A stretch of DNA of 64,000 bases from a virus. The stretch lies in IMG/VR virus record IMGVR_UViG_3300032268_001411, positions 1 through 64,000 of that record, one strand, 5' to 3'. The translations under genes and the position numbers were made by a program. Under the pieces are notes generated by a model. That model was not told where the DNA came from. It ran no database searches and was given only the letters and a program-made list of their open reading frames with translations. Below, in pieces: positions 1 to 10,011 of the stretch (positions are counted from its first letter, which is position 1; each line of letters starts with the position of its first letter).

Positions 1-243
1 CGTTGGACCGATTGGGCCATCATTACCCGTTGGACCGATTGGGCCATCATTACCCGTTGGACCGATTGGGCCATCATTACCCGTTGGACCGATTGGGCCA
101 TCATTACCCGTTGGACCGATTGGACCATCATTACCAGTAGCACCTGTCGGACCGTCATTACCAGTAGCACCTGTCGGACCGATTGGACCATCATTTCCAG
201 TAGCACCTGCTGGACCTGTTGCTCCCATTTCTCCTGCTGGACC
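1..243 (-). repeat. Coding Gly-X-Y repeat including a 27-nt tandem unit (GPTGNDGPI)n
   Basis: Tandem ccgttggaccgattgggccatcattac units from base 1 to about 130, degenerating afterwards. Confidence 0.9.
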
Positions 244-798
244 GACTGATGACGTTCCATTTATCAATAGATTACTACCATCAGTAGTTAATAGCACAGG
301 AGAAACTTCTGTGCCTAAATTTATACTACTTACAACGATTGAACCATCTGCACTTGACAGAGTTACACCTCCAACCACCAATGATTGTGAGCCGACATAT
401 AAAGTATGCCATTCATAGTCAAGTGAGCCTATATTGTAAGTAGATGTGGTTCCGGGCAATAAATCTCCGAAAATAGTTAGTACTTCATTTGTTGGACTTA
501 TGGTGTGTATGTCTTCTACCCAATTTTCTACTGCCTTATCAATAGTAAACGGTGTAATTGTCACTAAATCATCAATTATTCCTTGAAGTGTTAAGACAGA
601 TTCTAATGCTTCAGTAGAACTTTGAAAATCCAAAGTTATTAGTTTACCTGATTTTAAATTTATTTTTAATAAATTATTATTCTGAAGAATGTTCAAGATT
701 TGATAGGGATTAATAGAATACTTAGCAGTTCCACTATTATCTATAATTTGTAAATTTCTTTCACCTATTTTAACAAAATTATCTATATTATAAGCCAT
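1..798 (-). CDS. Collagen-repeat tail fibre/virion protein (3' end runs off window)
   Basis: Absent from the ORF track. Manual translation from ATG at 798 gives [19 protein letters not shown]...[25 protein letters not shown]..., open to base 1, with Gly-X-Y repeats. Confidence 0.8.
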   Translation of the reverse strand, partial: MAYNIDNFVKIGERNLQIIDNSGTAKYSINPYQILNILQNNNLLKINLKSGKLITLDFQSSTEALESVLTLQGIIDDLVTITPFTIDKAVENWVEDIHTISPTNEVLTIFGDLLPGTTSTYNIGSLDYEWHTLYVGSQSLVVGGVTLSSADGSIVVSSINLGTEVSPVLLTTDGSNLLINGTSSVGPAGEMGATGPAGATGNDGPIGPTGATGNDGPTGATGNDGPIGPTGNDGPIGPTGNDGPIGPTGNDGPIGPTGNDGPIGPT

Positions 799-803
799 AT
801 CTT

Positions 804-1937
804 TTATGCAGTTATAGTAAGTGTTAATTTAACTCCACTTATTGAGTTTTCAGCCAAGTCTTTGATATTCGTAAATTCTACACTATAAGTTCCAGATGAA
901 GTTATAGAAGTATAAATGGCAGAATCTTTAGTAATAACAAGATTCGATCCTGTAATGGTAAATAAACCATCTCTGGCATCTGAAACAGAACCAACTAAGA
1001 CATCCACCAACAAATTATTAGAAATTGTACCAAATGTACCCAAACTCATAGATGTTGAGAAAGTATTTCCTGAAGATGTATTATAAGGACCTGCAGTTGC
1101 ACCATTGAATTCGATGTATGAAGATGTACCTACTACTTGATTGTAGAAATAAACTATTGGTGCAATATCATCAGTTAGTGGTGATAGCGTATTGGTATTT
1201 ACATTTGGATTTTCTAAAATATAATTTATTAATGAGAAACCTTGGTTTACTGAATAAGTATCGCCAAATTTTAGAAAGACTTCACCTCTACTTTGATCAT
1301 CAATTGTTAGTATTAAACCAGTTCTTTCGACAGAGTTGATATTAGCTAATTGTAAATATATTAGAGGTCTATTTTGAGAATCCACCACCTTTATTGAATC
1401 ATTGATAACATGCGTTTTGATAGATGAATAACTTAATCCAACAAATGAAGTTCCTGTTTGGTTAATTATATCAACAAATGGATTATATTGGTCACTTTTA
1501 CTCGCAACTAAAATATCTAACATTACCGGGTAATTACCATTAGGATTAGTTAAATAAATTTGAGGAATTAAATTTGTTGAATTTCCTGTTAGTACCATTA
1601 TTTCACAAAAAGAACGAAGTCTAGTCAAGTCATTATGAAAAGCATATTGCACATAGTTATCTGCTTCTATTTTAGATTTTGTGTCATAAGTTGCAACAAT
1701 TGAAATAAAAGAAATACCATCACCTAATCCACCATAGTTTAATAGATAATCAGCTTGTCCTGGTCTAAGTGTAACTCTTGCTCTACTTATCTGTGAGTAT
1801 TTGATAGCTAAGGAAGAAAGTAACTGAGTTTCCACAGTATTTGCACCTTCTATAGCTACAATACTAGAATTTGAAAATTTTATAATTTTATCGTTGTTGT
1901 TACCCCAGAGTGAGGTTTGATTTTGACAATAAGCCAT
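804..1937 (-). CDS. Putative virion structural protein (S/T/G/N-rich, beta-rich)
   Basis: 377-aa ORF directly upstream of the fibre gene, with a TAATATATA motif upstream; composition is typical of tail proteins. Confidence 0.55.
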   Translation of the reverse strand: MAYCQNQTSLWGNNNDKIIKFSNSSIVAIEGANTVETQLLSSLAIKYSQISRARVTLRPGQADYLLNYGGLGDGISFISIVATYDTKSKIEADNYVQYAFHNDLTRLRSFCEIMVLTGNSTNLIPQIYLTNPNGNYPVMLDILVASKSDQYNPFVDIINQTGTSFVGLSYSSIKTHVINDSIKVVDSQNRPLIYLQLANINSVERTGLILTIDDQSRGEVFLKFGDTYSVNQGFSLINYILENPNVNTNTLSPLTDDIAPIVYFYNQVVGTSSYIEFNGATAGPYNTSSGNTFSTSMSLGTFGTISNNLLVDVLVGSVSDARDGLFTITGSNLVITKDSAIYTSITSSGTYSVEFTNIKDLAENSISGVKLTLTITA

Positions 1938-2093
1938 CCTTTCGATTTATTTTATTTTATATATTAAATTCTGAAATATTAATTATTACAATAACTTTTC
2001 TTACATTAATTTATATAATTAATAACCGAATTTTTATAAAAAAATGAAAGAAAAACTCTTTTTTTATATATACAAAAAAATTACAATTAAAAC

Positions 2094-3032
2094 ATGTCTG
2101 AACAAAATAAACAAAACCTGTCCGAAGAAGAATATCTTAGAAGACACTTAGAAGATTTAGAAAATAAAACAACTTCGACTACACAACCTAAAATTCAAGT
2201 TCAGGTTGATAACTCAAGAATATCCGACTTACACTATTTTGCTTTTGATGTGAAAGAGTTCCCTGCTGGTATTTTCTATCCACCCGGTACTACTATACAA
2301 GTTAGACCAGCACAAGTTAAGGAAATACAAGCTTATTCTATGGTAGATGATAATAACTTCTATGATATCATCGAAAAAATGAATGATATGCTCTCTTCTT
2401 GTGTTAGAATAAAATATATTGATGGTAGAGTTGGTTCCTATTTAGAAATAAAAGACCCAGATAGATTTTATTTAATATTCTTGATTCGTGAGTTAACATT
2501 CCAACAAGGATCTTCTCTTACATCTGCAGCTAATTGTAGTTGTGGGGAACAAGTTTCAATAGAATTGAAGAGGGAAAATTTCAAAACATTTGAAGTTTCT
2601 GATAAAATCGCGAAATTTTTCGATCCACAAACACTTTCCTTTAGATTTTCAGTAAAAAATGGAAGAACCTTCAATTTAGCCCCACCTACAATTGGATTAC
2701 AAAAAAGTTTTACTGAGTATATTGTCAAAGAAAATAACGAAAAAAGAAAACCAAATCTTTCTTTCTTGAAAATTATACCTTTCATGTTGTATGATAGAAC
2801 ATCGATTACTCTCGATGGAATCAAAGCAAAATTGACAGAGTATGAAAAAATTGATGATATTTCATTCCAATTCCTAAATTCTGCAGTTGAGAAAATGAGT
2901 TTCGGCATTCAAAAACTAAAGAAACAATGTGCAACTTGTGGTTTGGAGGTTACCACAGATATGACATTTCCCGACGGACCGTCAGCTCTTTTCGTTGTTC
3001 ATGACGCATTTGAACAGTTTATTGAAGAATAA
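2094..3032 (+). CDS. T4 gp26-like baseplate hub subunit
   Basis: IQVRPAQVKE...DRFYLIFLIRELTF...CSCG...CATCG pattern typical of the gp26 family. Confidence 0.7.
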   Translation: MSEQNKQNLSEEEYLRRHLEDLENKTTSTTQPKIQVQVDNSRISDLHYFAFDVKEFPAGIFYPPGTTIQVRPAQVKEIQAYSMVDDNNFYDIIEKMNDMLSSCVRIKYIDGRVGSYLEIKDPDRFYLIFLIRELTFQQGSSLTSAANCSCGEQVSIELKRENFKTFEVSDKIAKFFDPQTLSFRFSVKNGRTFNLAPPTIGLQKSFTEYIVKENNEKRKPNLSFLKIIPFMLYDRTSITLDGIKAKLTEYEKIDDISFQFLNSAVEKMSFGIQKLKKQCATCGLEVTTDMTFPDGPSALFVVHDAFEQFIEE

Positions 3033-3252
3033 ACTCTTACTTCAAAAGAATTATCACTTACAAGAATGGGCAATCGACGAGTGGCCCTTCTGGATTTTTG
3101 AAGAAAATATAAAAATAGTGAATGATTTGACTGAAGAGGAAGAAAAACAACGTAAAAAACAAGAAGACCAACAACAAAAATCAACACCTAACTTCAATCC
3201 AAGTTCCTATATGAACTCAATGAACAGTATGGCAAGTAAATTTGGTAAATAA
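2995..3252 (+). CDS. T4 gp51-like baseplate hub assembly protein
   Basis: Small ORF overlapping the gp26-like gene; IDEWPFWIFEENIKIVNDLTEEEEKQRK resembles the gp51 motif. Confidence 0.55.
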   Translation: MFMTHLNSLLKNKLLLQKNYHLQEWAIDEWPFWIFEENIKIVNDLTEEEEKQRKKQEDQQQKSTPNFNPSSYMNSMNSMASKFGK

Positions 3253-3290
3253 TAAAAAAAAACTCAGATTTTTCTGAGTTTTTTTTTATT
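3251..3290. terminator. Bidirectional intrinsic terminator
   Basis: aataaaaaaaaactcaga-tttt-tctgagtttttttttatt inverted repeat between convergent genes. Confidence 0.85.
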
Positions 3291-4976
3291 TTAAGATTCA
3301 AATATCCATTTTTTCAAACCGCAATCCCAAACTCTAAAGGCACCAACATCCTCTAACATTATTTCACTTTCTGATTTTTCACTACTATATCCACTTTCAA
3401 CAAGTCTAGATTTTCTAAAATTGGATTTATGTAACCTCTTCCCAGTTATAACCCACTTATAGTTTACTGGTGATTCCCCTATAAACTTAAAACCAATCTT
3501 TTCATATACCTCTCCTGTGAACAAGGACGTATCTGAGTAAGATATTATTGTTTTTGGGCTATAATTAGTACAAAAATATTTAAATAATTTAGATGATGAT
3601 CCAATGACAGTTGTATTCATCTTGTTACAAAATCTGGATAATTCCCATCTATCTCTATTTTTAGTAAAACACATTAATGAAACTATCTTGTTATCTTGTA
3701 ATAAAGCTATTTTTATGTTAGATTTACAGTTTCCTAAGATGTGATTTTCGTCTAAAAACTTTTTAGATTCCTTATTATCAACTATCGATATTTTACAATT
3801 TCTTGCAAAAATTCTAGAATTGTTTTTACCTATCCTATTTAAAATAATTGATTTCACTATATCATTTTTGTATATCCAATCATCTCCCCAGATATGTATT
3901 AATTCAATTCCAATCTCTGCACATTTTTTACTTTTATTTTTATGATAGTGCTTCCCCTTTTGTTCTTCTGAATGCCACCATAATCCATTAAATTCAAATC
4001 CTAATTTCAAATCTGGTAAATAAATATCAATTTCTTGTGGATATATAATCTTTTTATTGTTTAATATTTCCCCATTGTAGTTTTCCCTTATGAATTTTGA
4101 TAATTCTTCTTGCTGACCCGATATATTCGAATTGTGTGGATTACAATTGGTACAAATAGTTGTTTTTTCTCTGTATCTTATATAAAAGTCTTCTCGATTA
4201 ATGTTAAAATTATTTAGACATAAACCACAGAAGATTATAATATTCCTTTTAAATTTATTAAATTCAATATCAATTAATTCATACTGATTGTAGGTTTTTA
4301 ACCTACTTTCTATTTTATCTTTTAATTTTTTATTTTTTATTTCAATTAATTTTTTTATTGAAATATCGTGTATTTTTTTTAACATCCAAGGATGTTCTAC
4401 CCCATATTTACTTAGAGATGTACTTTTAAAATTTTCTTTGAAACTACTTTTTTTAAAAGAATCAATTCTTTTTTCTAAAATTTCTTTGGACTTAGATGGA
4501 TTATCTACTCCAAAATTATTTATTAGTGTGGATTTTGATTTATGTTGTGTTTGTTTAAGGCACATCGCCGAATTAGCTCCATATTTCTTTTGATTTGTTT
4601 TTATTATTTTATCTTTTATTGTTTTTGATTCTGCAGGTGTTTTGGTTCCCCATTTTTTCAAAGACTTCTCTTCCTTTATTTTTTTAATTTCCGGGTCCGA
4701 AGAAATACATTTGTTTGAACAATAATCTCTAAATCCTAATGTAGAGTTTATAAATTTTACAACATTATGACAATTATTATTTTTACAAGATGGAACCGAA
4801 CATAAATTATTTATACACAAATAAACTTTTTCTTTGAATGATGTAGTGACATCTATTGAATTTTTATTACAGAATCCGATTATATAATCGTATACTTCTG
4901 TATAGTTTTTTTGTAGATAAGATTCTTTGTAGAACTTTCCTGAGGGATCTGGATTGTCAAATATATCTAAATTCAT
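3291..4976 (-). CDS. Hef-like homing endonuclease: Zn-finger/KYGVE repeats + PD-(D/E)xK (Vsr-like) nuclease + Mom-like GNAT domain
   Basis: KYGVEHP-type repeats; EIDIYLPDLKLGFEFNGLWWHS; C-terminal FARNC...NHILG...WELSRFC...IISYSD...VYEKIGF. Confidence 0.75.
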   Translation of the reverse strand: MNLDIFDNPDPSGKFYKESYLQKNYTEVYDYIIGFCNKNSIDVTTSFKEKVYLCINNLCSVPSCKNNNCHNVVKFINSTLGFRDYCSNKCISSDPEIKKIKEEKSLKKWGTKTPAESKTIKDKIIKTNQKKYGANSAMCLKQTQHKSKSTLINNFGVDNPSKSKEILEKRIDSFKKSSFKENFKSTSLSKYGVEHPWMLKKIHDISIKKLIEIKNKKLKDKIESRLKTYNQYELIDIEFNKFKRNIIIFCGLCLNNFNINREDFYIRYREKTTICTNCNPHNSNISGQQEELSKFIRENYNGEILNNKKIIYPQEIDIYLPDLKLGFEFNGLWWHSEEQKGKHYHKNKSKKCAEIGIELIHIWGDDWIYKNDIVKSIILNRIGKNNSRIFARNCKISIVDNKESKKFLDENHILGNCKSNIKIALLQDNKIVSLMCFTKNRDRWELSRFCNKMNTTVIGSSSKLFKYFCTNYSPKTIISYSDTSLFTGEVYEKIGFKFIGESPVNYKWVITGKRLHKSNFRKSRLVESGYSSEKSESEIMLEDVGAFRVWDCGLKKWIFES

Positions 4977-5025
4977 ACAACATTGTTTTTTACATATATA
5001 TTAAACACACCTATTTTTGTTCTAT

Positions 5026-5057
5026 AAAAAAACCCACATATCTCTATGTGGGTTTTG
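5026..5057 (-). terminator. Intrinsic terminator after tail sheath
   Basis: aaaacccacata-tctc-tatgtgggtttt hairpin with a U-tract on the minus strand. Confidence 0.75.
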
Positions 5058-5072
5058 ATATTTGAGGCTATT

Positions 5073-8000
5073 TTATGCGTTCTGGAAACCACCAGCTGCA
5101 ATAGCACCTGTTCTAAGAATTGTTATGTTGTTGACAATCACACCCATCGCGCGAATTGGTTCCACATAAGTATCTAAAACACCAATCTGATTATCGATTA
5201 TCTCAGTTGTATTATTTTCCTCATCACACTTATTGAAATAGTTAAATAAACCATTTTTATTTACATATTTCTCACAAATAGTGTCAGCTCTCAATTTGAT
5301 TTCTGCTCTTACATCTGAAGTATTGAATCTCCATTGGAATTCAAGTAACATTGCAGAAAGTTCTCTTTCAAGTTCAATTAGTACTTCTCTTACGTGGATG
5401 AATGATAAAGCAGAACGGTATAATGTTTGAGCTGTATTTTCAGTTTCAATGATATAACCTCTATTTCGTTTGAATACTAATGGATTCATCTGAGCTCCAT
5501 TCAAGTTTTCAATATCTTCTGGACTAAAGTTTATTTCAATTCCAGCTATATTTGTGACTCTACCATTAGTAACACCTGCTGCAATTGTCCAAGGAAGAAT
5601 TGCTGTTGTATTTGTGTTAATCTTTCTCAAGTAAGTAGACGCTACATATGGTGATGGAATTATATCAGCTGGTCTTCCATTGTCATTTACTGTTACATAA
5701 GGAAGGAAATAACCTACACTACTTACACCTCTACCATCACCGAATGAATAAAGAAACGCTGGTGATGATTCAGGATTACCACCCTGTGCTATGAATGATG
5801 TTTGTAATACTCCCTCTGAATCAACAAAACTTGGAGAAGTAGAGTTTTTAAACATTTTCATTGAAGGCATATTAATGAATCCAAAACAATCAAGTCTTTG
5901 ACCGCAAAGATCTACAAGTTGTTGCTTAGATCTTTCGACTAATCCTAAACCAAATGAATCAATCACGTATCTGAAATCAATTGCTTCTTTGTTAGTAAGT
6001 GCTTTAAATAATGGAGTGCCTTTGGCAATCAAATTTAAAATTGCAGATTGTCTAGACTCACTACCATCAGGCATAGATGCTTCTCTTACTCTAAATCCTT
6101 TTAGAGGTATAGATTGATAAGTTGTTACATAATCTTCAATAGTTGTATATCTAAGTGTTTGTAAATCTGTACCAAAAGCATATTTCTCAATTGGTGCATC
6201 ACAAGTAATTTCAACAAGTGTAGTGTCTGGAGCGTAAGCTCTTTTACTTACAATCTTAGTGATATTTCTTGTAACTTCACCTGGTTCGAGAGTGATAGAT
6301 GGATCTACATAGGCTTCTAAATAATCACCAATCTTGATTTCTGTATATCTAGAGCCTTTTACAAGTATTTTATTTGGTACTTGAGTATACCCAGTCGGTA
6401 CCTCAATTTCAACTGTTTGTTTATAATTTGTTTTATTACTATTGACAACAAATTTAGTATTTTCGTCAATGTTAATAGGAACAACAGTTGATAAGTCATC
6501 ATCAACAAAATCTACTGTTAGGTCACCAGACGATGTAGTAAACATTTTTAAATAAACTTTACCATCTTCATTTCTATTGAATACTAATTCCACATTTGAT
6601 AAATCCTCATTTACAACATCTTGAACAACTCTGTATGCTGTATATTGAGAAGAATATGTAGTACCTGTTGATGGATCTACTAAAGTATTATAGTAATTTG
6701 TATTGTCGTCTATTTGTAGTACACCCGTGTTCTCAACCGCACCATACACAGATATGTAGTCGTTGTAATTTACACTCCAAGACTGTATATCACTAAATAC
6801 AACATAGCTAAATGTACCCTCATTTTGGAATACAACTCTAATTGGACTTTCTGGATATCTAGTTTCAATAAGATTCTTGTAGAAGAAGTCGCCTGTATTG
6901 ATACTTCCGTTTTCAAAGTTTTGATAAAGTGTAGAATATTTAGCTACAACTCCCGAAGCAGTCGCCGAAGCTTCTGATGTCTTAGTTTGTAAACCATTTT
7001 GACCTAAAATCAACTCATTATCAATCTTATAGAAAACTAAATTTCCATTTAATACTGACTGTGGAACTGAAGTAGTTCCTAAGGTAAATTCAAATGATCT
7101 GTTAGATGTTGCCACATCTATTGGTGTTGTTAAATTAGCATTTTCCAAAGAGAATTTTTCATGAGTGTTAATATCACTTAACATTGTAGATTTGGTTACA
7201 TCACTTGAGTCTAAAACCTGTAGCATGTTTCTAAACAATCTAACTTTTCTCCATGTTTCATAAGCCGTTGTTGGTGCACTACCACTACTATTTAAAAACT
7301 CAAATTTAAATTTTCCTGATCCTAGATTTGTTATATCATAGTCACCTGAAGGACCGAAGTCTAGTGCATTATAACCTACACCCACACCACCACTAAATGA
7401 TTGACTTAGTGAGGTTACTACACTTATATTAGATCCTAAATCATTAGAGAATGTTAAACTTATTGGGAATCCGTTGTAAGTATCGTATGTACCTGGAAGT
7501 GCAGAGAAAATAATACTTTGTGAAGCTGAAAGAGTCACACCAAAAGATTGTGTCAATGAAACTATATCGGTAATTATTGCTTGCAAGTAATCAGCTAAAC
7601 TTGTTGTGGCACAAGTTACAGGTGTACTAACTAAAGTTCCATCATAGAAGAAACTAACTGTTGTACCTGATGCTGTAGGAGCACCATTGAATGTGAATGT
7701 TAAATCTGCTGGTTCTTCCGGTGAAAGTATACCAATATCGTTAACTGTAACTGTATTTGGTATAAATAATCCATTAGCCATACTAAATGTAAAGTAATTT
7801 AGAACAACATCATTATTTGGTAGAGTTGGTGGTAAATTCGATCCACCATTAGTCAATTTAATTTCACCAGTTGTAGAATCAATGTGAACTACTGATGTAT
7901 AAGAAGCTGTTGTTGCTGATGGAGTAAACGCAGATGCCGCAATTGACAATGTTCCAAGACCGAAGGTAGCACCATTTAAAGTGATATCTAATTTTGTACC

Positions 8001-9299
8001 ACTTACAACTGTATAAGGTGTAACTTGGTCAGAGTATACACCCAAGTTGATATTACCATTCAGAGTATATCCAATTGTAATAGATTGTGAACTACCGAAA
8101 ACTTCTGAACCCAAATCATATTCTACACCCTCAATAAAGTCTTCTGCGTACCAAGATGTTCTTGTTGTATCACCCCAAGAAGTTAGTTTACCTAATGATC
8201 CTGATGTTGCGGCTGAAGGTCCAAATGCAAATACCTGTTGTGTACCATCAGCTTGGTCTAAAGGTGTTTGAGCATAATCTACTAAATCTAAAATATTTGT
8301 TCTATAAGAAAGAAACTCCAAATCGAATTGACCGTTGTTGAGAATTCCATTAGCTTGTACTAAATTATTACCGATTAAGTCAACCATTCCAGTTGTATAA
8401 TCCTTTTCGAATTTGTCCATATCAAATGCACAGAAAAGTCCAGTTCTATCTGTATCGTTATTAATTATAGTTTCGATAAAGATATTTCTTCCATTATTAT
8501 CTCTAAAGAAAGGTATCAATGATAGACCTTCATAGTAACCTAATAGGTTAACATTTCTATCATTAGCGAAATCTCTAATTTTTGTTTTATCTAAACCATC
8601 TGGTGAGAAGTATTGTGCCCATTTGCTATCAACACTAAGTTCTGTATAATTTGACCAATCACCACCAACAACTACAACATCTACCATAAAGTCAGATGCG
8701 TAATCAGCTGGGTTTAAATATGATGGAACTTTGTCTGCAGATCCATAATATTCAACTATTTGTCTATCGAAACCGGTTAATTTAGTTTTGAAAACAAAAA
8801 TTGTAATATATTTATCTGACATATTAGTAAATGAGAGAAGTCTATCATCTGCCCCGAGATCATCACTAACTAAGTTGATGAAGGCGTCTGTATCTCTTTT
8901 CCAGAAACCAGTTGTATCAAAGAATCTTCTATAAGCACCTTCTCTGATTATGTCATTGAATTTATCTGATCTTGTAGAGACTGATTTATACTCTAAAGTA
9001 TCTAAAGTATCTGATGTGATAAGAAGATTCATTGCAAAAACTGGATTTGATTCCAGAAGTTTACCAACTGTTCTATGGAAGAAAGAACCTTTTCTTTCCA
9101 AGTTTCTGTCAATTGTACCGAAAATTCTCTCAAGGTCTTGGGCAGTCTGTAATAATACTGGTGTATTTACAGGACCCTTTCTTGAAAAACCAGCCACAAA
9201 TGTTGTTGTACCTGTTACTGTTGGTGTAACAATAATCGAGTTGTCGAATTCTTCTATAAAGATACCTGGTCTTTTGTATTTACCAATTTGAATCGCCAT
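5073..9299 (-). CDS. Tail sheath protein (gp18-like), enlarged by inserted domains
   Basis: N-terminal RPGIFIEEFD...GFSRKGPVNTP; C-terminal sheath domain (AAGVTNG...MNPL...SALSFIHVREVL...CDEENNT). Confidence 0.92.
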   Translation of the reverse strand: MAIQIGKYKRPGIFIEEFDNSIIVTPTVTGTTTFVAGFSRKGPVNTPVLLQTAQDLERIFGTIDRNLERKGSFFHRTVGKLLESNPVFAMNLLITSDTLDTLEYKSVSTRSDKFNDIIREGAYRRFFDTTGFWKRDTDAFINLVSDDLGADDRLLSFTNMSDKYITIFVFKTKLTGFDRQIVEYYGSADKVPSYLNPADYASDFMVDVVVVGGDWSNYTELSVDSKWAQYFSPDGLDKTKIRDFANDRNVNLLGYYEGLSLIPFFRDNNGRNIFIETIINNDTDRTGLFCAFDMDKFEKDYTTGMVDLIGNNLVQANGILNNGQFDLEFLSYRTNILDLVDYAQTPLDQADGTQQVFAFGPSAATSGSLGKLTSWGDTTRTSWYAEDFIEGVEYDLGSEVFGSSQSITIGYTLNGNINLGVYSDQVTPYTVVSGTKLDITLNGATFGLGTLSIAASAFTPSATTASYTSVVHIDSTTGEIKLTNGGSNLPPTLPNNDVVLNYFTFSMANGLFIPNTVTVNDIGILSPEEPADLTFTFNGAPTASGTTVSFFYDGTLVSTPVTCATTSLADYLQAIITDIVSLTQSFGVTLSASQSIIFSALPGTYDTYNGFPISLTFSNDLGSNISVVTSLSQSFSGGVGVGYNALDFGPSGDYDITNLGSGKFKFEFLNSSGSAPTTAYETWRKVRLFRNMLQVLDSSDVTKSTMLSDINTHEKFSLENANLTTPIDVATSNRSFEFTLGTTSVPQSVLNGNLVFYKIDNELILGQNGLQTKTSEASATASGVVAKYSTLYQNFENGSINTGDFFYKNLIETRYPESPIRVVFQNEGTFSYVVFSDIQSWSVNYNDYISVYGAVENTGVLQIDDNTNYYNTLVDPSTGTTYSSQYTAYRVVQDVVNEDLSNVELVFNRNEDGKVYLKMFTTSSGDLTVDFVDDDLSTVVPINIDENTKFVVNSNKTNYKQTVEIEVPTGYTQVPNKILVKGSRYTEIKIGDYLEAYVDPSITLEPGEVTRNITKIVSKRAYAPDTTLVEITCDAPIEKYAFGTDLQTLRYTTIEDYVTTYQSIPLKGFRVREASMPDGSESRQSAILNLIAKGTPLFKALTNKEAIDFRYVIDSFGLGLVERSKQQLVDLCGQRLDCFGFINMPSMKMFKNSTSPSFVDSEGVLQTSFIAQGGNPESSPAFLYSFGDGRGVSSVGYFLPYVTVNDNGRPADIIPSPYVASTYLRKINTNTTAILPWTIAAGVTNGRVTNIAGIEINFSPEDIENLNGAQMNPLVFKRNRGYIIETENTAQTLYRSALSFIHVREVLIELERELSAMLLEFQWRFNTSDVRAEIKLRADTICEKYVNKNGLFNYFNKCDEENNTTEIIDNQIGVLDTYVEPIRAMGVIVNNITILRTGAIAAGGFQNA

Positions 9300-9375
9300 A
9301 ATATATCATTAATTTTTTATTTTAAGTATATATAAAAAGTAAAAAACATATTTTTTCTACTTTTTGAATAACTTA

Positions 9376-10011
9376 TTACTTTTTTTGTGCTTCTTCCTCA
9401 GTTTTTGTTGATTCATCCTCACTAACTGGATTAGACCTTTTTATCATTTCTTCTTTTCGAAGCCTCATTTCATTTTCTTTATGTTTTCTTTTCATCAATT
9501 CAAACTCTTTTTTGAGTTCTCTATCTAAATCAAAAATTTCTTTTTCTATTTCTTTAAATTTTTGAGAATTTTTTTCTATTCTATCATTGGTATTTCCCAT
9601 TTTGTCACCGGTGTAATCGAGAATACTCTGATTACCCTTGTTATCAGATATTGTTTTTTTATAATTCTCAATATCATCTTGATTTCCCTTGATAATCTCT
9701 TCCAAATCTTCTAATTGTCTTTTTAAGCTACAAATTTTTGCCCATTTTCCTAAATATTTATTTTTGAAATTTTTCTTTTTTGGATCAGCTGATTTATTCA
9801 CAATGAAACCTTTATTGAATAGTTTATTTTGTAAATCCTTTTCATTGAAATATGATTTATAGATGTTTTCTATATCAACTTTATAGCTATTAAACTTAGC
9901 GATGAGTTGCTCTTCATCATTTGCAAAGTTTTTATCCGATGCTGCTACTATAGAATCATCAGGTTGTGGAATAAACTTTTCACTTATAAACTGTTCGAAA
10001 GTTAGTATCAT
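9376..10011 (-). CDS. Coiled-coil protein with capsid-targeting-like leader (MILTFEQFISE)
   Basis: 211-aa charged helical ORF; leader resembles T4 internal-protein leader MKTYQEFIAE. Confidence 0.55.
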   Translation of the reverse strand: MILTFEQFISEKFIPQPDDSIVAASDKNFANDEEQLIAKFNSYKVDIENIYKSYFNEKDLQNKLFNKGFIVNKSADPKKKNFKNKYLGKWAKICSLKRQLEDLEEIIKGNQDDIENYKKTISDNKGNQSILDYTGDKMGNTNDRIEKNSQKFKEIEKEIFDLDRELKKEFELMKRKHKENEMRLRKEEMIKRSNPVSEDESTKTEEEAQKK

